IMG/VR virus record: IMGVR_UViG_3300031414_000009
Location: 102,152 to 166,151 of that record
Length of the DNA stretch: 64,000 bases
DNA from: a virus
Strand: one strand, 5' to 3'
Below the pieces are notes generated by a model. The model had not been told where the DNA came from, ran no database searches, and worked only from the letters and a program-made list of their open reading frames with translations. Position 1 is the first letter of the stretch, and each line of letters opens with the position of its first letter. The position numbers were made by a program, and so were the translations under genes. Positions 38,601 through 47,463 of this stretch are shown one piece after another.

Positions 38601-40580
38601 ATGGTAGCCGAAACTCGTTTTCTAAAGGAAGACCATCGTTGGATACGTCAGATGTTTCTGACTGAGAGCAATAGCTTCGATGACTTCCTCCGCTCCAAAC
38701 GTACCGCAACCTCAAACTTCTATAAGTACGAGGACACTACGTTAGGCGGACACCGCACAATGAATCCCCCGCCACAGTTCACTCGTTTCTGTGATCCAAA
38801 GGGAGATCGATTGCTGCCGGGTATCAGCCGTGGTATGGGTGACTACTATAGCGAAGCGATCGACGACAACGCCAGAACAATCTCAATGCGCTTCGGTGTA
38901 CCTGAGTATACCGGTCTGGTAAGCTTCTTCAGTAACTTCTATAGTTCTGATGCAGCACAAGTTGTTAAGACTGGCCAGTCGAGTAGTTTCTTCTACGATG
39001 CTGGTAAACTTTCTGGCTACGTGGCGATACTGCCATTCATGCCATTCATTCTAATCGGTCGGACACTGAAGGCGCTAGCGGGCACACCGTCTACTCGTTT
39101 TTATTATCTGCGTCCGGCGATGCCTATCTACTGGAATGCGGTACAGTCATTTGCAAACAGACTGGCTGCTAACATCGGTCTGGCAATGCCACAACAGAAC
39201 AGTGAGCTGGCTGTTGCCAAACTTGATGCACAAGGGATGCCTGTCAAGAATCCAGAAACGGGTTCTGTCATTTACGAGAACATTAACTTCGACGTCCCCG
39301 GATCGCAGTTCAACGAGTACCTGAAACTGTTACCGGATCTTTGGACACCGAATGGTTCTATTGATGTTTATTCATTATCAACGCGAGCACAGCGACTGTC
39401 CGATGTTTGGAACAACTACCTTGCTAAGATCGCAACTGAGACATCAATCGTATCCGATGAAAGTTGGCGTACGCGACTGACAAGCTACCCGGGTCATACG
39501 CACAAAGAAATGCTTGACGCGTTGAACGGTACGCCGCTTCAGATGGCGCTGCAACGTTGGTACAACACGCCTGCTGGTGAGCGTGTTGCCGATGAAGCTG
39601 CTGCTGAGGCTAAACACGGGGATCTTACCAAAGATGCCAGTGCTGTAGACCGCTTCATGAGTTATGCATTAGCAGAAGCGCGCGACGGTGCTCAGTTTGT
39701 TTCTTTCTATATCCAGGAAGGTGGTACCGCAAGTGAGAGCTTCAGTACGTCAACGCGTACACCGGACATTGGTGAGAAATTCAACAGTGTGAGTAGTGGC
39801 GTTCGTCAAGCGAGGATTAACTTTGCTGACGGTAACACTGGTATTGCACCAATCGATGCAGCTATCGGTGCGGCTACTGACTTTATCAAAGGGGCTGTAG
39901 GTGGTATCCAGATGGGTGGCTTGTTAGCACTGGCTGGTAACGCCTTAACGGACATTCCTAAGGTTTGGGATAGCTCCACTGCGTCGCTACCGAGAATGGA
40001 TTACACTATCCAGCTTCGTACTCCGTATGGTAACAAACTCTCCCGCTTCCAGAACCTGTTAATGCCACTGGCAATGATTCTGGTTGGTGCGCTTCCGCGT
40101 TCAACGGGTGCTCAGTCATACGGCTCACCATTCCTAGTTGAGTTGTACGATAAAGGTCGTGCTCAGACTCGTCTGGGTATGATCGAGAGTGTGAGTGTTA
40201 CCCGTGGCGTTGGTAATATCGGTTGGACACAAGACGATGAATTCCTCGGCATTGACGTCCAGTTCAGCGTGGTTGATTTGTCTAGCATCATGCATATGCC
40301 GTTGGGTACAAGCTCTGGTCCACTGGATGTTATTCGTCCTGGCGGCTTGAACCGTGCATTCTTCGGTGACGATACTGCGTTTACGGATTACCTTGCCGTA
40401 TTGTCTAGCATGGGTCTGGCTGATCAGATTTACCGTACTCGTGCTATGGCCCGTAACTGGCGTCGTATGAAACTCGAGTTCAGTAGTTTCTTCAGTGTGT
40501 CACACGCAGCAAGTTGGTTTGGTGGTACGCTACCTGGCCGTGTCATCTCTGCTCTATCTAACGTCCGTGCTAACGGATAA
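38601..40580 (+). CDS. baseplate/tail structural protein (phiKZ gp182-like)
   Basis: Start MVAET after GAGG; NPPPQFTRFCD, P.VWDSS, LRTPYGN; follows the gp181-like gene. Confidence 0.75.
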   Translation: MVAETRFLKEDHRWIRQMFLTESNSFDDFLRSKRTATSNFYKYEDTTLGGHRTMNPPPQFTRFCDPKGDRLLPGISRGMGDYYSEAIDDNARTISMRFGVPEYTGLVSFFSNFYSSDAAQVVKTGQSSSFFYDAGKLSGYVAILPFMPFILIGRTLKALAGTPSTRFYYLRPAMPIYWNAVQSFANRLAANIGLAMPQQNSELAVAKLDAQGMPVKNPETGSVIYENINFDVPGSQFNEYLKLLPDLWTPNGSIDVYSLSTRAQRLSDVWNNYLAKIATETSIVSDESWRTRLTSYPGHTHKEMLDALNGTPLQMALQRWYNTPAGERVADEAAAEAKHGDLTKDASAVDRFMSYALAEARDGAQFVSFYIQEGGTASESFSTSTRTPDIGEKFNSVSSGVRQARINFADGNTGIAPIDAAIGAATDFIKGAVGGIQMGGLLALAGNALTDIPKVWDSSTASLPRMDYTIQLRTPYGNKLSRFQNLLMPLAMILVGALPRSTGAQSYGSPFLVELYDKGRAQTRLGMIESVSVTRGVGNIGWTQDDEFLGIDVQFSVVDLSSIMHMPLGTSSGPLDVIRPGGLNRAFFGDDTAFTDYLAVLSSMGLADQIYRTRAMARNWRRMKLEFSSFFSVSHAASWFGGTLPGRVISALSNVRANG

Positions 40581-40631
40581 CAGCATAAAAGCCTCCTCTT
40601 CCCGTTTGGGAGGAGGAGTGCTTATTTATGC
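40581..40631. terminator. bidirectional terminator (GCATAAAA family)
   Basis: GCATAAAAGC-CTCCTCTTCCC..GGGAGGAGGAG-TGCTTATTTATGC between convergent genes. Confidence 0.75.
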
Positions 40632-41771
40632 GTATGGGATATTTGGATAGAAGGCACGCAGCAGGCTGGTTGGACTCTGTCGAGGATAGCTACCTGCGAT
40701 CAGTGCGCTTATTGCCTCAGGCTTAGCTACCGACGTTGCGGAAGAGATCTTACTGGTATCCAATGAGTCCTGAGTGAAGATGGCCAGAACAACATTGTTT
40801 GCCTTAAGGAACGGGTCGAGTCGAGAACTGCCAGAATGCTCTGGTCTAAGCTGCAACCATTCGGGATCTAACCGCGTCATCGTGTTTACGATTTCGGTAC
40901 GAATGCCAGGATAAGCACCGGGGTCAGTGTCGTATGGCAAACTGTAGTTACCGAGGAAGTCGGTAATCGCAGTGGGATACTGTTGGATGATACTATCACC
41001 ACCCAGCTTGTCGATAAGTTTGTTCAGCATCACCAAGTCGCCATTATAAAGAACGGTTGGAATACTGTTCGATGCACTATAGCGAGCAAAGTTACCGTTG
41101 TAGCCTTCGTCGTTCTTCTTTACCTTATCCCACAGCGTGTCAAACATGTCGACCATGCCAAGCTCACTGGCTTGCTGCATGATACTACCAAACACAGATG
41201 ATTCGGTGCGGGTATCAAATAGTGTACCGACGGTGTTCGTTCCCAGTAACCGGTTTGCGGTATTGAAGAGTGAGTTAACATCTCCAAGATCCACGCCCGC
41301 CGCAATACGCTGGACATCCTGAGTATCACGATAGACCTTCTGCATGTCCATACCAGTCACGTTCGACATGGTAGTGATACTTGCCTGCATCAAGCTGGCT
41401 TTAGCTGCACCAACAGATGACAGGTTTAAACCCGTGTAGTTCTCCAACGCCTTCTTAGAGTCAGTAACAGCAGTCAAGGCAGCATTGGTTGTTTTAGCGA
41501 TATCACTCAGAACACCTTTGGTTAAAGCAATGACTTTGTTATTGGCGAAGAAGCTATCGAAGGCTCCCTTAATGCCCGCAGCCTGTTGGTTGACGTAAGC
41601 GATCTCACGTTTACCAAATCGGTCTACTGCGATGGCAATATCTTTAGGTCCGGTCTCAAAGATACTTGGAGCAACCTTAGGGGTGGCTTGTGCGACTTTC
41701 GCCGTCACGTTTTTTGTGTCTTGTAGTGCTCCGGAGACGGACGACTTAACACTCTCATCGAAACTAGGCAT
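40626..41771 (-). CDS. hypothetical protein, probably virion structural
   Basis: Start reassigned to MPSFDES after GGAG. Confidence 0.65.
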   Translation of the reverse strand: MPSFDESVKSSVSGALQDTKNVTAKVAQATPKVAPSIFETGPKDIAIAVDRFGKREIAYVNQQAAGIKGAFDSFFANNKVIALTKGVLSDIAKTTNAALTAVTDSKKALENYTGLNLSSVGAAKASLMQASITTMSNVTGMDMQKVYRDTQDVQRIAAGVDLGDVNSLFNTANRLLGTNTVGTLFDTRTESSVFGSIMQQASELGMVDMFDTLWDKVKKNDEGYNGNFARYSASNSIPTVLYNGDLVMLNKLIDKLGGDSIIQQYPTAITDFLGNYSLPYDTDPGAYPGIRTEIVNTMTRLDPEWLQLRPEHSGSSRLDPFLKANNVVLAIFTQDSLDTSKISSATSVAKPEAISALIAGSYPRQSPTSLLRAFYPNIPYA

Positions 41772-41781
41772 CTCGAACTCC

Positions 41782-41824
41782 AAAAAAAAAATAAGAAGAG
41801 TGTAGGTGTCCCCGAAGGGACACC
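41782..41824 (-). terminator. hairpin terminator with distal T-run
   Basis: GGTGTCCC-TTCG-GGGACACC then TATTTTTTTTTT about 11 nt later. Confidence 0.65.
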
Positions 41825-41828
41825 GTGG

Positions 41829-42293
41829 TTATTTCTTGCCTGTACGCGCTACGCGTTCAATATAGGCATCTACATCAGCATCTGGTGAAACGTTATCAGA
41901 GGCATCGGTAGAAACGGTCATATTATTTTCAATGACGTCACCTAAAACCACTCTTACTTTCTTCAGCGTCCTTTTATTGCCACGGTGAATCACCACATAG
42001 ACATCAGCCTTGTCTACTTCTAACACGCGTAACCCACGCATGAAACTATCCCAGGTTATCTTGTCTTTCTCCAAAGCTTTCGGTAAGTTACCACGCACGA
42101 TAGTTCGCTTATCACGTGGCACCCCGTTCAGAGGATTTAAGACATAGCGGGTTAGCAGCTTGGTCCAAGTGCTAGGGCGAATACCAAGATCAATTAAGAA
42201 ACCGCGAAAGAGTTTAGCAAGAGCATCCTTAGCTGCGGACTGACCATAGTCTTCCGAGTCGAAGATGTCGTGCTTCTTACGCATGTAGTTCAT
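41829..42293 (-). CDS. conserved jumbo-phage hypothetical protein
   Basis: LAKLFRGFL..RGNL..ITWDSF pattern; start may be 42284. Confidence 0.7.
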   Translation of the reverse strand: MNYMRKKHDIFDSEDYGQSAAKDALAKLFRGFLIDLGIRPSTWTKLLTRYVLNPLNGVPRDKRTIVRGNLPKALEKDKITWDSFMRGLRVLEVDKADVYVVIHRGNKRTLKKVRVVLGDVIENNMTVSTDASDNVSPDADVDAYIERVARTGKK

Positions 42294-42792
42294 CCTTTGA
42301 CATTATCAGTTCGGCCATCAGCTCAGTCAGTGACATTGCATCACAAACCACGGTGTATGTTCGACGTTGATAGTACCCGGCTTTCTCAGGGGGTGCGCTG
42401 TTATATGCATCCACGAGTTCGCCGAAAGCTTGACGGAAGTCTGACAACACCAACCCGAAGTTACAAGCCACTGGTGTAGCCTGCACCCACGCACTGAGGT
42501 CTTTACTGATCAGCTCTGTGCTAACTGGATCGAGGTAGTTAGACGTACGTATTGCAACGGCTGCTTCACGAACTGCATCTAACAGCTCGTCAATGCTCTC
42601 ATGGTACACAGCACCCTGGAAATTGCGAAGGTGTTTCACATGCACCTGTCCAAACTTACGGACAACTGAAAGTGGGAGCTTATCAAGCAAGACACGAACA
42701 TCCTGCATGGTGATTTCCCATTCGCCAGCTTCGTTACGGCCATTCTTTTTGAATGCCTTAAAGTAACGTTTGAAGCGATATACTTCGAACAT
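42277..42792 (-). CDS. hypothetical protein
   Basis: 171 aa, AGGAGG RBS. Confidence 0.75.
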   Translation of the reverse strand: MFEVYRFKRYFKAFKKNGRNEAGEWEITMQDVRVLLDKLPLSVVRKFGQVHVKHLRNFQGAVYHESIDELLDAVREAAVAIRTSNYLDPVSTELISKDLSAWVQATPVACNFGLVLSDFRQAFGELVDAYNSAPPEKAGYYQRRTYTVVCDAMSLTELMAELIMSKDELHA

Positions 42793-42835
42793 AGTCTATA
42801 GACCTCCTACTAATTAATATGGTATATACACATTA

Positions 42836-42853
42836 ATAATGTATATTTAAAAT
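42836..42853 (-). promoter_or_regulatory. putative early promoter variant
   Basis: ATTTTAAATATACATTAT. Confidence 0.45.
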
Positions 42854-42874
42854 TACTAAGAAACGAGGTGTGTT

Positions 42875-43303
42875 ATGACGGTTGAAGTCATTCCTGCCAG
42901 CGACAATGACGAGGTATTGGCCTTTACTCAGAACATGCGTCGCCGGATTGTTAACAAGCTGGTCGGCGTTCATCCTGAAGACATGCCAACGGATTCTAAA
43001 GATATCGGTGCTCTGAACCAGACGCTGGACTCCATGGACCGACAAGCCCTTGTATTGCGCCGACTGGCTCAGGACAAGAAACGTAACGACGATGATCGTT
43101 CTGCTGCTGTAATGATTGCGCAGATTAACCAGATGACAGGTAAAGGCGAAAACCCATTCCGCATCGGTGAGAATCCTGTTACACCAAGCACTGACCCAGA
43201 CGATGCGTACAACCAGATTGCTGAACGTGAGATCATGCCTGGTGAAAACTTCGTGGGTATCGAAGACGACTCCTACGACAAGTTTATCGAACGTCTGGAC
43301 TAA
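42875..43303 (+). CDS. conserved helical hypothetical protein
   Basis: 142 aa, GAGG RBS, own terminator. Confidence 0.75.
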   Translation: MTVEVIPASDNDEVLAFTQNMRRRIVNKLVGVHPEDMPTDSKDIGALNQTLDSMDRQALVLRRLAQDKKRNDDDRSAAVMIAQINQMTGKGENPFRIGENPVTPSTDPDDAYNQIAEREIMPGENFVGIEDDSYDKFIERLD

Positions 43304-43304
43304 G

Positions 43305-43344
43305 AGCATATTTGGCTGGGGTAAATCCCCAGCCTTTTATGCCG
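43305..43344. terminator. bidirectional terminator
   Basis: GGCTGGGG-TAAAT-CCCCAGCC-TTTTATGCCG. Confidence 0.75.
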
Positions 43345-44055
43345 TCAGTGTGCCATTGAAAAGAAAGACACGCTTTCGAAAGACAACCCGATGTAGTCAG
43401 CCAGTGCGAACTCCATGTATGCCGTTGGGTGTGCTACTTTAAAGGCCGCTCGAATTTCATCAGTAGGGTTCTCTGGTAGCTTTTCTCCACGAAGGATATC
43501 CGGTGCAACCATAGTAACAGCGGGCGCGCTTTCACTACGGAACGACTGTTCGTTAGCACACGCCCAATCCACCCAATCGTAGATGACGACAGTGTGGTAG
43601 TTGTTAGCCAGATACGCTAGCGTCATGCTGCTGTACGGAATACAAACTGGATTAACCTTTACGATACCGCCCATTTTAAACTCGACAAGGTCAGCCATTA
43701 CACGCGCTGATTCAGAATCGATGTTATACGGGTAGAGGTTCAGGTCAAGTTCCAGAGGACCGTTACGCGTAGGGTTGATCATCGTGGTGTACTGGTGGAT
43801 AGCGTTTTGTACTATCGGCAGTATACCGGTCATCATCGAGCTATGCAGCGTATAGATATCCCTGTTCTTATATGCTACGTTGAAGAGATCTGTGTCGATA
43901 CCAATGAATGGAAATTCGTCACGAGTTCTCAGGAGATAGTCAGGTGGATTCATCCCCACCACCGCTTCTGCGTCGAGGATGTTCAGAGTACCGAGGCGAG
44001 TATCGATAACGGCATCTAACATCAACATGACTTTAGTAACCGCTAATCCACTCAT
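43345..44055 (-). CDS. conserved hypothetical protein
   Basis: LDAVIDTRLGT N-terminal motif (HAD-like start, unverified). Confidence 0.7.
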   Translation of the reverse strand: MSGLAVTKVMLMLDAVIDTRLGTLNILDAEAVVGMNPPDYLLRTRDEFPFIGIDTDLFNVAYKNRDIYTLHSSMMTGILPIVQNAIHQYTTMINPTRNGPLELDLNLYPYNIDSESARVMADLVEFKMGGIVKVNPVCIPYSSMTLAYLANNYHTVVIYDWVDWACANEQSFRSESAPAVTMVAPDILRGEKLPENPTDEIRAAFKVAHPTAYMEFALADYIGLSFESVSFFSMAH

Positions 44056-44585
44056 TCAGATGATGACTCCTTTGTACTGTTCGCAATGGTCATGCCGAGT
44101 TCATCTGGTTCGAACTGCTCCAGTAACAATACCGGCAATACCCAACTGTTCCCAGAGAGTAAGTCCTGAACATCCTTCAGGCTACCAATCTCATCTAAGT
44201 ACGTAGAATCGATGACGGAAAGCTCATCGTCAAATTGCGCTACACTCTGCGCCACGGTTTCGATATACGCACGGTAGTCGGTGTCATCCTCGAAACAACG
44301 CTGACGCATTTCAAAGCAGAGTCCGAACAAGAACTCCCTCACTTCAGCTTTGTCTTTAATGGTAGACCAAACCGCAGTGAGGTTAGCTTTGTTCAGAGTT
44401 AAAAGCGGCAGGGTATTGAACTGACTATCGATCACCCATTCGTTGATCTCGTCAAAAGACTGAGGACGTACCCGGGCCGCACTGATAAGGCGACGCTTGA
44501 AGATCTCACGAAATAAGACCCGCACTCGTTCAACACAACTCAGGTTAGGATTAAGCGGATATGGAACACTAGGGGTCTGGCTCAC
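44052..44585 (-). CDS. hypothetical protein
   Basis: 177 aa, GTG start, coupled to neighbours. Confidence 0.7.
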   Translation of the reverse strand: MSQTPSVPYPLNPNLSCVERVRVLFREIFKRRLISAARVRPQSFDEINEWVIDSQFNTLPLLTLNKANLTAVWSTIKDKAEVREFLFGLCFEMRQRCFEDDTDYRAYIETVAQSVAQFDDELSVIDSTYLDEIGSLKDVQDLLSGNSWVLPVLLLEQFEPDELGMTIANSTKESSSE

Positions 44586-44594
44586 AGGATTCCC

Positions 44595-45266
44595 TTACAG
44601 GTTGTTATCGAGCATCATGCTTTTCAGGATGATGTTCAATGTAATTGTGGACTCAGGTCTAGAGTTCATGCTCAAGATCTCAGTCATGTTAGCACTACCG
44701 GTACGAGCAATCTGGCGGTTCATCTCGGCATATGCATCCAAGTCACCACCACGCAGCTTAGCCAGTTCCAGACCGCTATAGTTCAATCCTTTAGCATAGA
44801 AGATCTGCCACTCAGGATAACTGAAACTAGCGCCTTTGGAAACACCGGTAGCCTGTCCGGTTAACTGGTTGATGTGCAGGTTGTCATCTGGTACGCTGGT
44901 CTTCTTTACACGAAGCTGTTGCTGACGACGAAGAGGTAAATGGATAACCATGTACTTCTTAGGGGTCAGGGTACAGTCACCGGTCACTGGGTCGGTTAAC
45001 CACAGTCGCTGGTAGAACTCAACGCCCATACGCTTACCGACTTCGATGTTACGCGTGGTATCCATAGCCACGTCACGTAAAGGCGGCACGAAGATGCGGA
45101 CATGTGCTTCCCCGGATTCTAACTGTTGAATCCAGGCATCGAACTGTTCGTCTGACATTCCAGCAAACAGATCTTTATACAACTTGGCGTTACCGCCACC
45201 GGGTAAGATTTCCTCTACCCATTTCAACACCACTGCCTCAGCAGCAGCACGATTACCAAGTGCCAT
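44595..45266 (-). CDS. virion RNA polymerase beta subunit, C-terminal part (phiKZ gp149-like)
   Basis: MSDEQFD, FYQRLW, LPLRRQQQ..KK, TGQATGVSKGASFSYPE (equivalent of beta TQQP..GQRFGEME). Confidence 0.8.
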   Translation of the reverse strand: MALGNRAAAEAVVLKWVEEILPGGGNAKLYKDLFAGMSDEQFDAWIQQLESGEAHVRIFVPPLRDVAMDTTRNIEVGKRMGVEFYQRLWLTDPVTGDCTLTPKKYMVIHLPLRRQQQLRVKKTSVPDDNLHINQLTGQATGVSKGASFSYPEWQIFYAKGLNYSGLELAKLRGGDLDAYAEMNRQIARTGSANMTEILSMNSRPESTITLNIILKSMMLDNNL

Positions 45267-45346
45267 GATAAATTCCTACTTGTGTTAGCTTCATACGATG
45301 CGTCACAAAAAGAAAGGAAGAGACGCCGAGGCGCTCTTCACATTCA

Positions 45347-45664
45347 TTATAAGTCACGTGGTACGTAGGCATCGCGAAAGTCATCGCAACGGAAAGCAAT
45401 AGGATACCCTTCAGCACGCCAAGTGATATCACGTATTTTGTCGCGTCCACCGCAGTAGTCACGCATCCAACGTATTTCCCGCAAGGACGGACCAGCAGTC
45501 GGAGTAAATGTACCATTAGCGATATTGATAATATCCATCGCCCGTTCCCGAACTGGTTCATCAGTATAGTTGGCAGTAATGAAACGGATGTTCGCCACTA
45601 ATGACAGAACCAGCGCAGCGATTAGTAAGCACACCCAACCAACATGTCCTTCTTTTGAACTCAT
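45347..45664 (-). CDS. membrane-anchored hypothetical protein
   Basis: WVCLLIAALVLSLVA; ATGA overlap with upstream gene. Confidence 0.65.
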   Translation of the reverse strand: MSSKEGHVGWVCLLIAALVLSLVANIRFITANYTDEPVRERAMDIINIANGTFTPTAGPSLREIRWMRDYCGGRDKIRDITWRAEGYPIAFRCDDFRDAYVPRDL

Positions 45665-46149
45665 CCTTTTATCCTGATCTTAGAGCGACTAGGGTCACCC
45701 AGCCTACGGTATTTAACCAGACTTTGGATATTGCGATCTTCAGCATCAGGGGAAGCATCCAACATAATCACGTTACTTGGAATCTTCTTCGACTCTGCCA
45801 CGGTGATAGCATGTTTAGTACCACTAGACACACCATCCCACGCCGCTACGAGATGATCGGCGTGTAACATCATTGTGGCATTGCGAATCATTCCAGCACG
45901 CCTCCCTTGCGTATCCCATGCAGCAGGCCACCCCACGTTCTTCCATCCATTGCGTTTGGCAAAGATACGAGCTAAGCGGTCAATGCCGAACTTCGATTCT
46001 CCTTGCAGTAGGATGGTGTCGTTTGGTGAGCGGTCTTTTAGCAGCTCACGCATGTGGCGGGAGAATAACCAATAGCTCCTGATCGTTCTGGAGCCAGAGA
46101 TTACAAACACCTCACCGCCAGTCAGTTGCCACGGTTTTGCTATAGACAT
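45661..46149 (-). CDS. SLOG family protein (DUF2493/YspA-like)
   Basis: ISGSR, G...GIDRLA, W...G..AGMIRN..M, AWDG.S.GT. Confidence 0.85.
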   Translation of the reverse strand: MSIAKPWQLTGGEVFVISGSRTIRSYWLFSRHMRELLKDRSPNDTILLQGESKFGIDRLARIFAKRNGWKNVGWPAAWDTQGRRAGMIRNATMMLHADHLVAAWDGVSSGTKHAITVAESKKIPSNVIMLDASPDAEDRNIQSLVKYRRLGDPSRSKIRIKG

Positions 46150-46613
46150 GTCGTCACACCTTTCAGCACTCGACGGATAGCCACATCCAAAGACTGGATC
46201 TGATCAATCGTCATATACCTGAAGTCAGATTTAACCAGGGTATACCAAATGGTGGTAGACAGCTCACCCAACGCTCTGGTTTCTGGATTAGACAGAAGCT
46301 CTATAACGCGAGTTCTGTTATTACCAGTGAGCCATTCCAGCGGGTCTGCCATCTCCGGTTCATCTGGCGATACTTTTGGATACTTGCGAATAACGCCGTC
46401 GGCCGCATACGAATTCAGAACCGTATCCAGCGAGTCGCCATAAAAACAACGAGGGGCGTATTCATACTTCCATACCCGCAACAATACGTCTGGTGGCAAC
46501 TTACGAAATATCTCCACCGTACTCAGAAATGAAAGCGCAGGTGGGTTATCGTAGGTGCCACGGATAACCTTTTTAATGCGACTGCGTAAAAGCATTCGCT
46601 GAATATAGTTCAT
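46140..46613 (-). CDS. hypothetical protein
   Basis: Start reassigned to MNYIQR (ATGA overlap with upstream stop). Confidence 0.65.
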   Translation of the reverse strand: MNYIQRMLLRSRIKKVIRGTYDNPPALSFLSTVEIFRKLPPDVLLRVWKYEYAPRCFYGDSLDTVLNSYAADGVIRKYPKVSPDEPEMADPLEWLTGNNRTRVIELLSNPETRALGELSTTIWYTLVKSDFRYMTIDQIQSLDVAIRRVLKGVTTCL

Positions 46614-46987
46614 TTTCCTTTCCTTAAATAATCGATGAAGTCGTGTAGCACCTCGGAGCGCTTCGGGTAATTCAAACCATTCACGTACACGATCAGATTC
46701 CCTAACGCCAATGCTCTCGCTCTGACGGTAGACGCCTTCTTCCATTCCGAATAAAGTACCCACAAGTTCTTAGAGACCGTACGGCGTTGACTGTACTTTT
46801 TATACAGCAGCCGGAAGTGCATCTCAACCCACTCGTTGATGTAGATGTTAAACATCAGGGCATGGCCATTAGATAAATGGTCGACAAACTCTACGGCGGT
46901 GTCAATCGTGTCATTCACCACCCCACCCCGTAAAGTCTTTTTAAGCTGTCGGTACCGCCATCTATTAACTAAATGGCTAAACCACAC
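46610..46987 (-). CDS. hypothetical protein
   Basis: 125 aa ORF in operon. Confidence 0.65.
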   Translation of the reverse strand: MWFSHLVNRWRYRQLKKTLRGGVVNDTIDTAVEFVDHLSNGHALMFNIYINEWVEMHFRLLYKKYSQRRTVSKNLWVLYSEWKKASTVRARALALGNLIVYVNGLNYPKRSEVLHDFIDYLRKGK

Positions 46988-46995
46988 ATTGCCCC

Positions 46996-47463
46996 CTATT
47001 TAATGGCTTTGTGGTTAACTACAATGTCACAAAGAGTCAGGATATCGATAATAAGCTCCTGTCTGGCATTGTGCCACTTCTCACGACGTTCCTTGTTGGA
47101 AATGTACCGGCCAGAGCTAGACTGCGTTAGAACGCGTCTCAGAGCGTCTACGTCATCCTTACCGAAATTACCTAAGCACCAGTCAAATACACGACGGGAC
47201 GCCAGATCTGGATAAGCATTAGAAGCTGCATGCTCGGGCTGTGAATACAATACACGCGCACGCTCTACTAGCTGACGAGTAGACTTGGTGTACGTTTTGA
47301 TGAACGTGTGCTTAGCTGGCAGATGTTCACCAGTTTTAACTTCGTACATCGTTTGCAGTCGGTCGAGAATGCCCACTGCCATTTCAGGCGCATTGACGGA
47401 ATGAAGCAGACCCAGAAGGGTCTGCATATAGCCGTCTACAACAACAGCTTTTAATTTGTTCAC
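46996..47463 (-). CDS. hypothetical protein
   Basis: 155 aa, GTG start overlapping uvsX stop. Confidence 0.65.
   Translation of the reverse strand: MNKLKAVVVDGYMQTLLGLLHSVNAPEMAVGILDRLQTMYEVKTGEHLPAKHTFIKTYTKSTRQLVERARVLYSQPEHAASNAYPDLASRRVFDWCLGNFGKDDVDALRRVLTQSSSGRYISNKERREKWHNARQELIIDILTLCDIVVNHKAIK

Noticed and set aside
46140-46987. Frameshifted single gene (ORF calls overlap by 154 nt)
   Set aside because: An internal ATG at 46613 with an AAGG RBS overlaps the upstream TGA, which explains it as two coupled genes.
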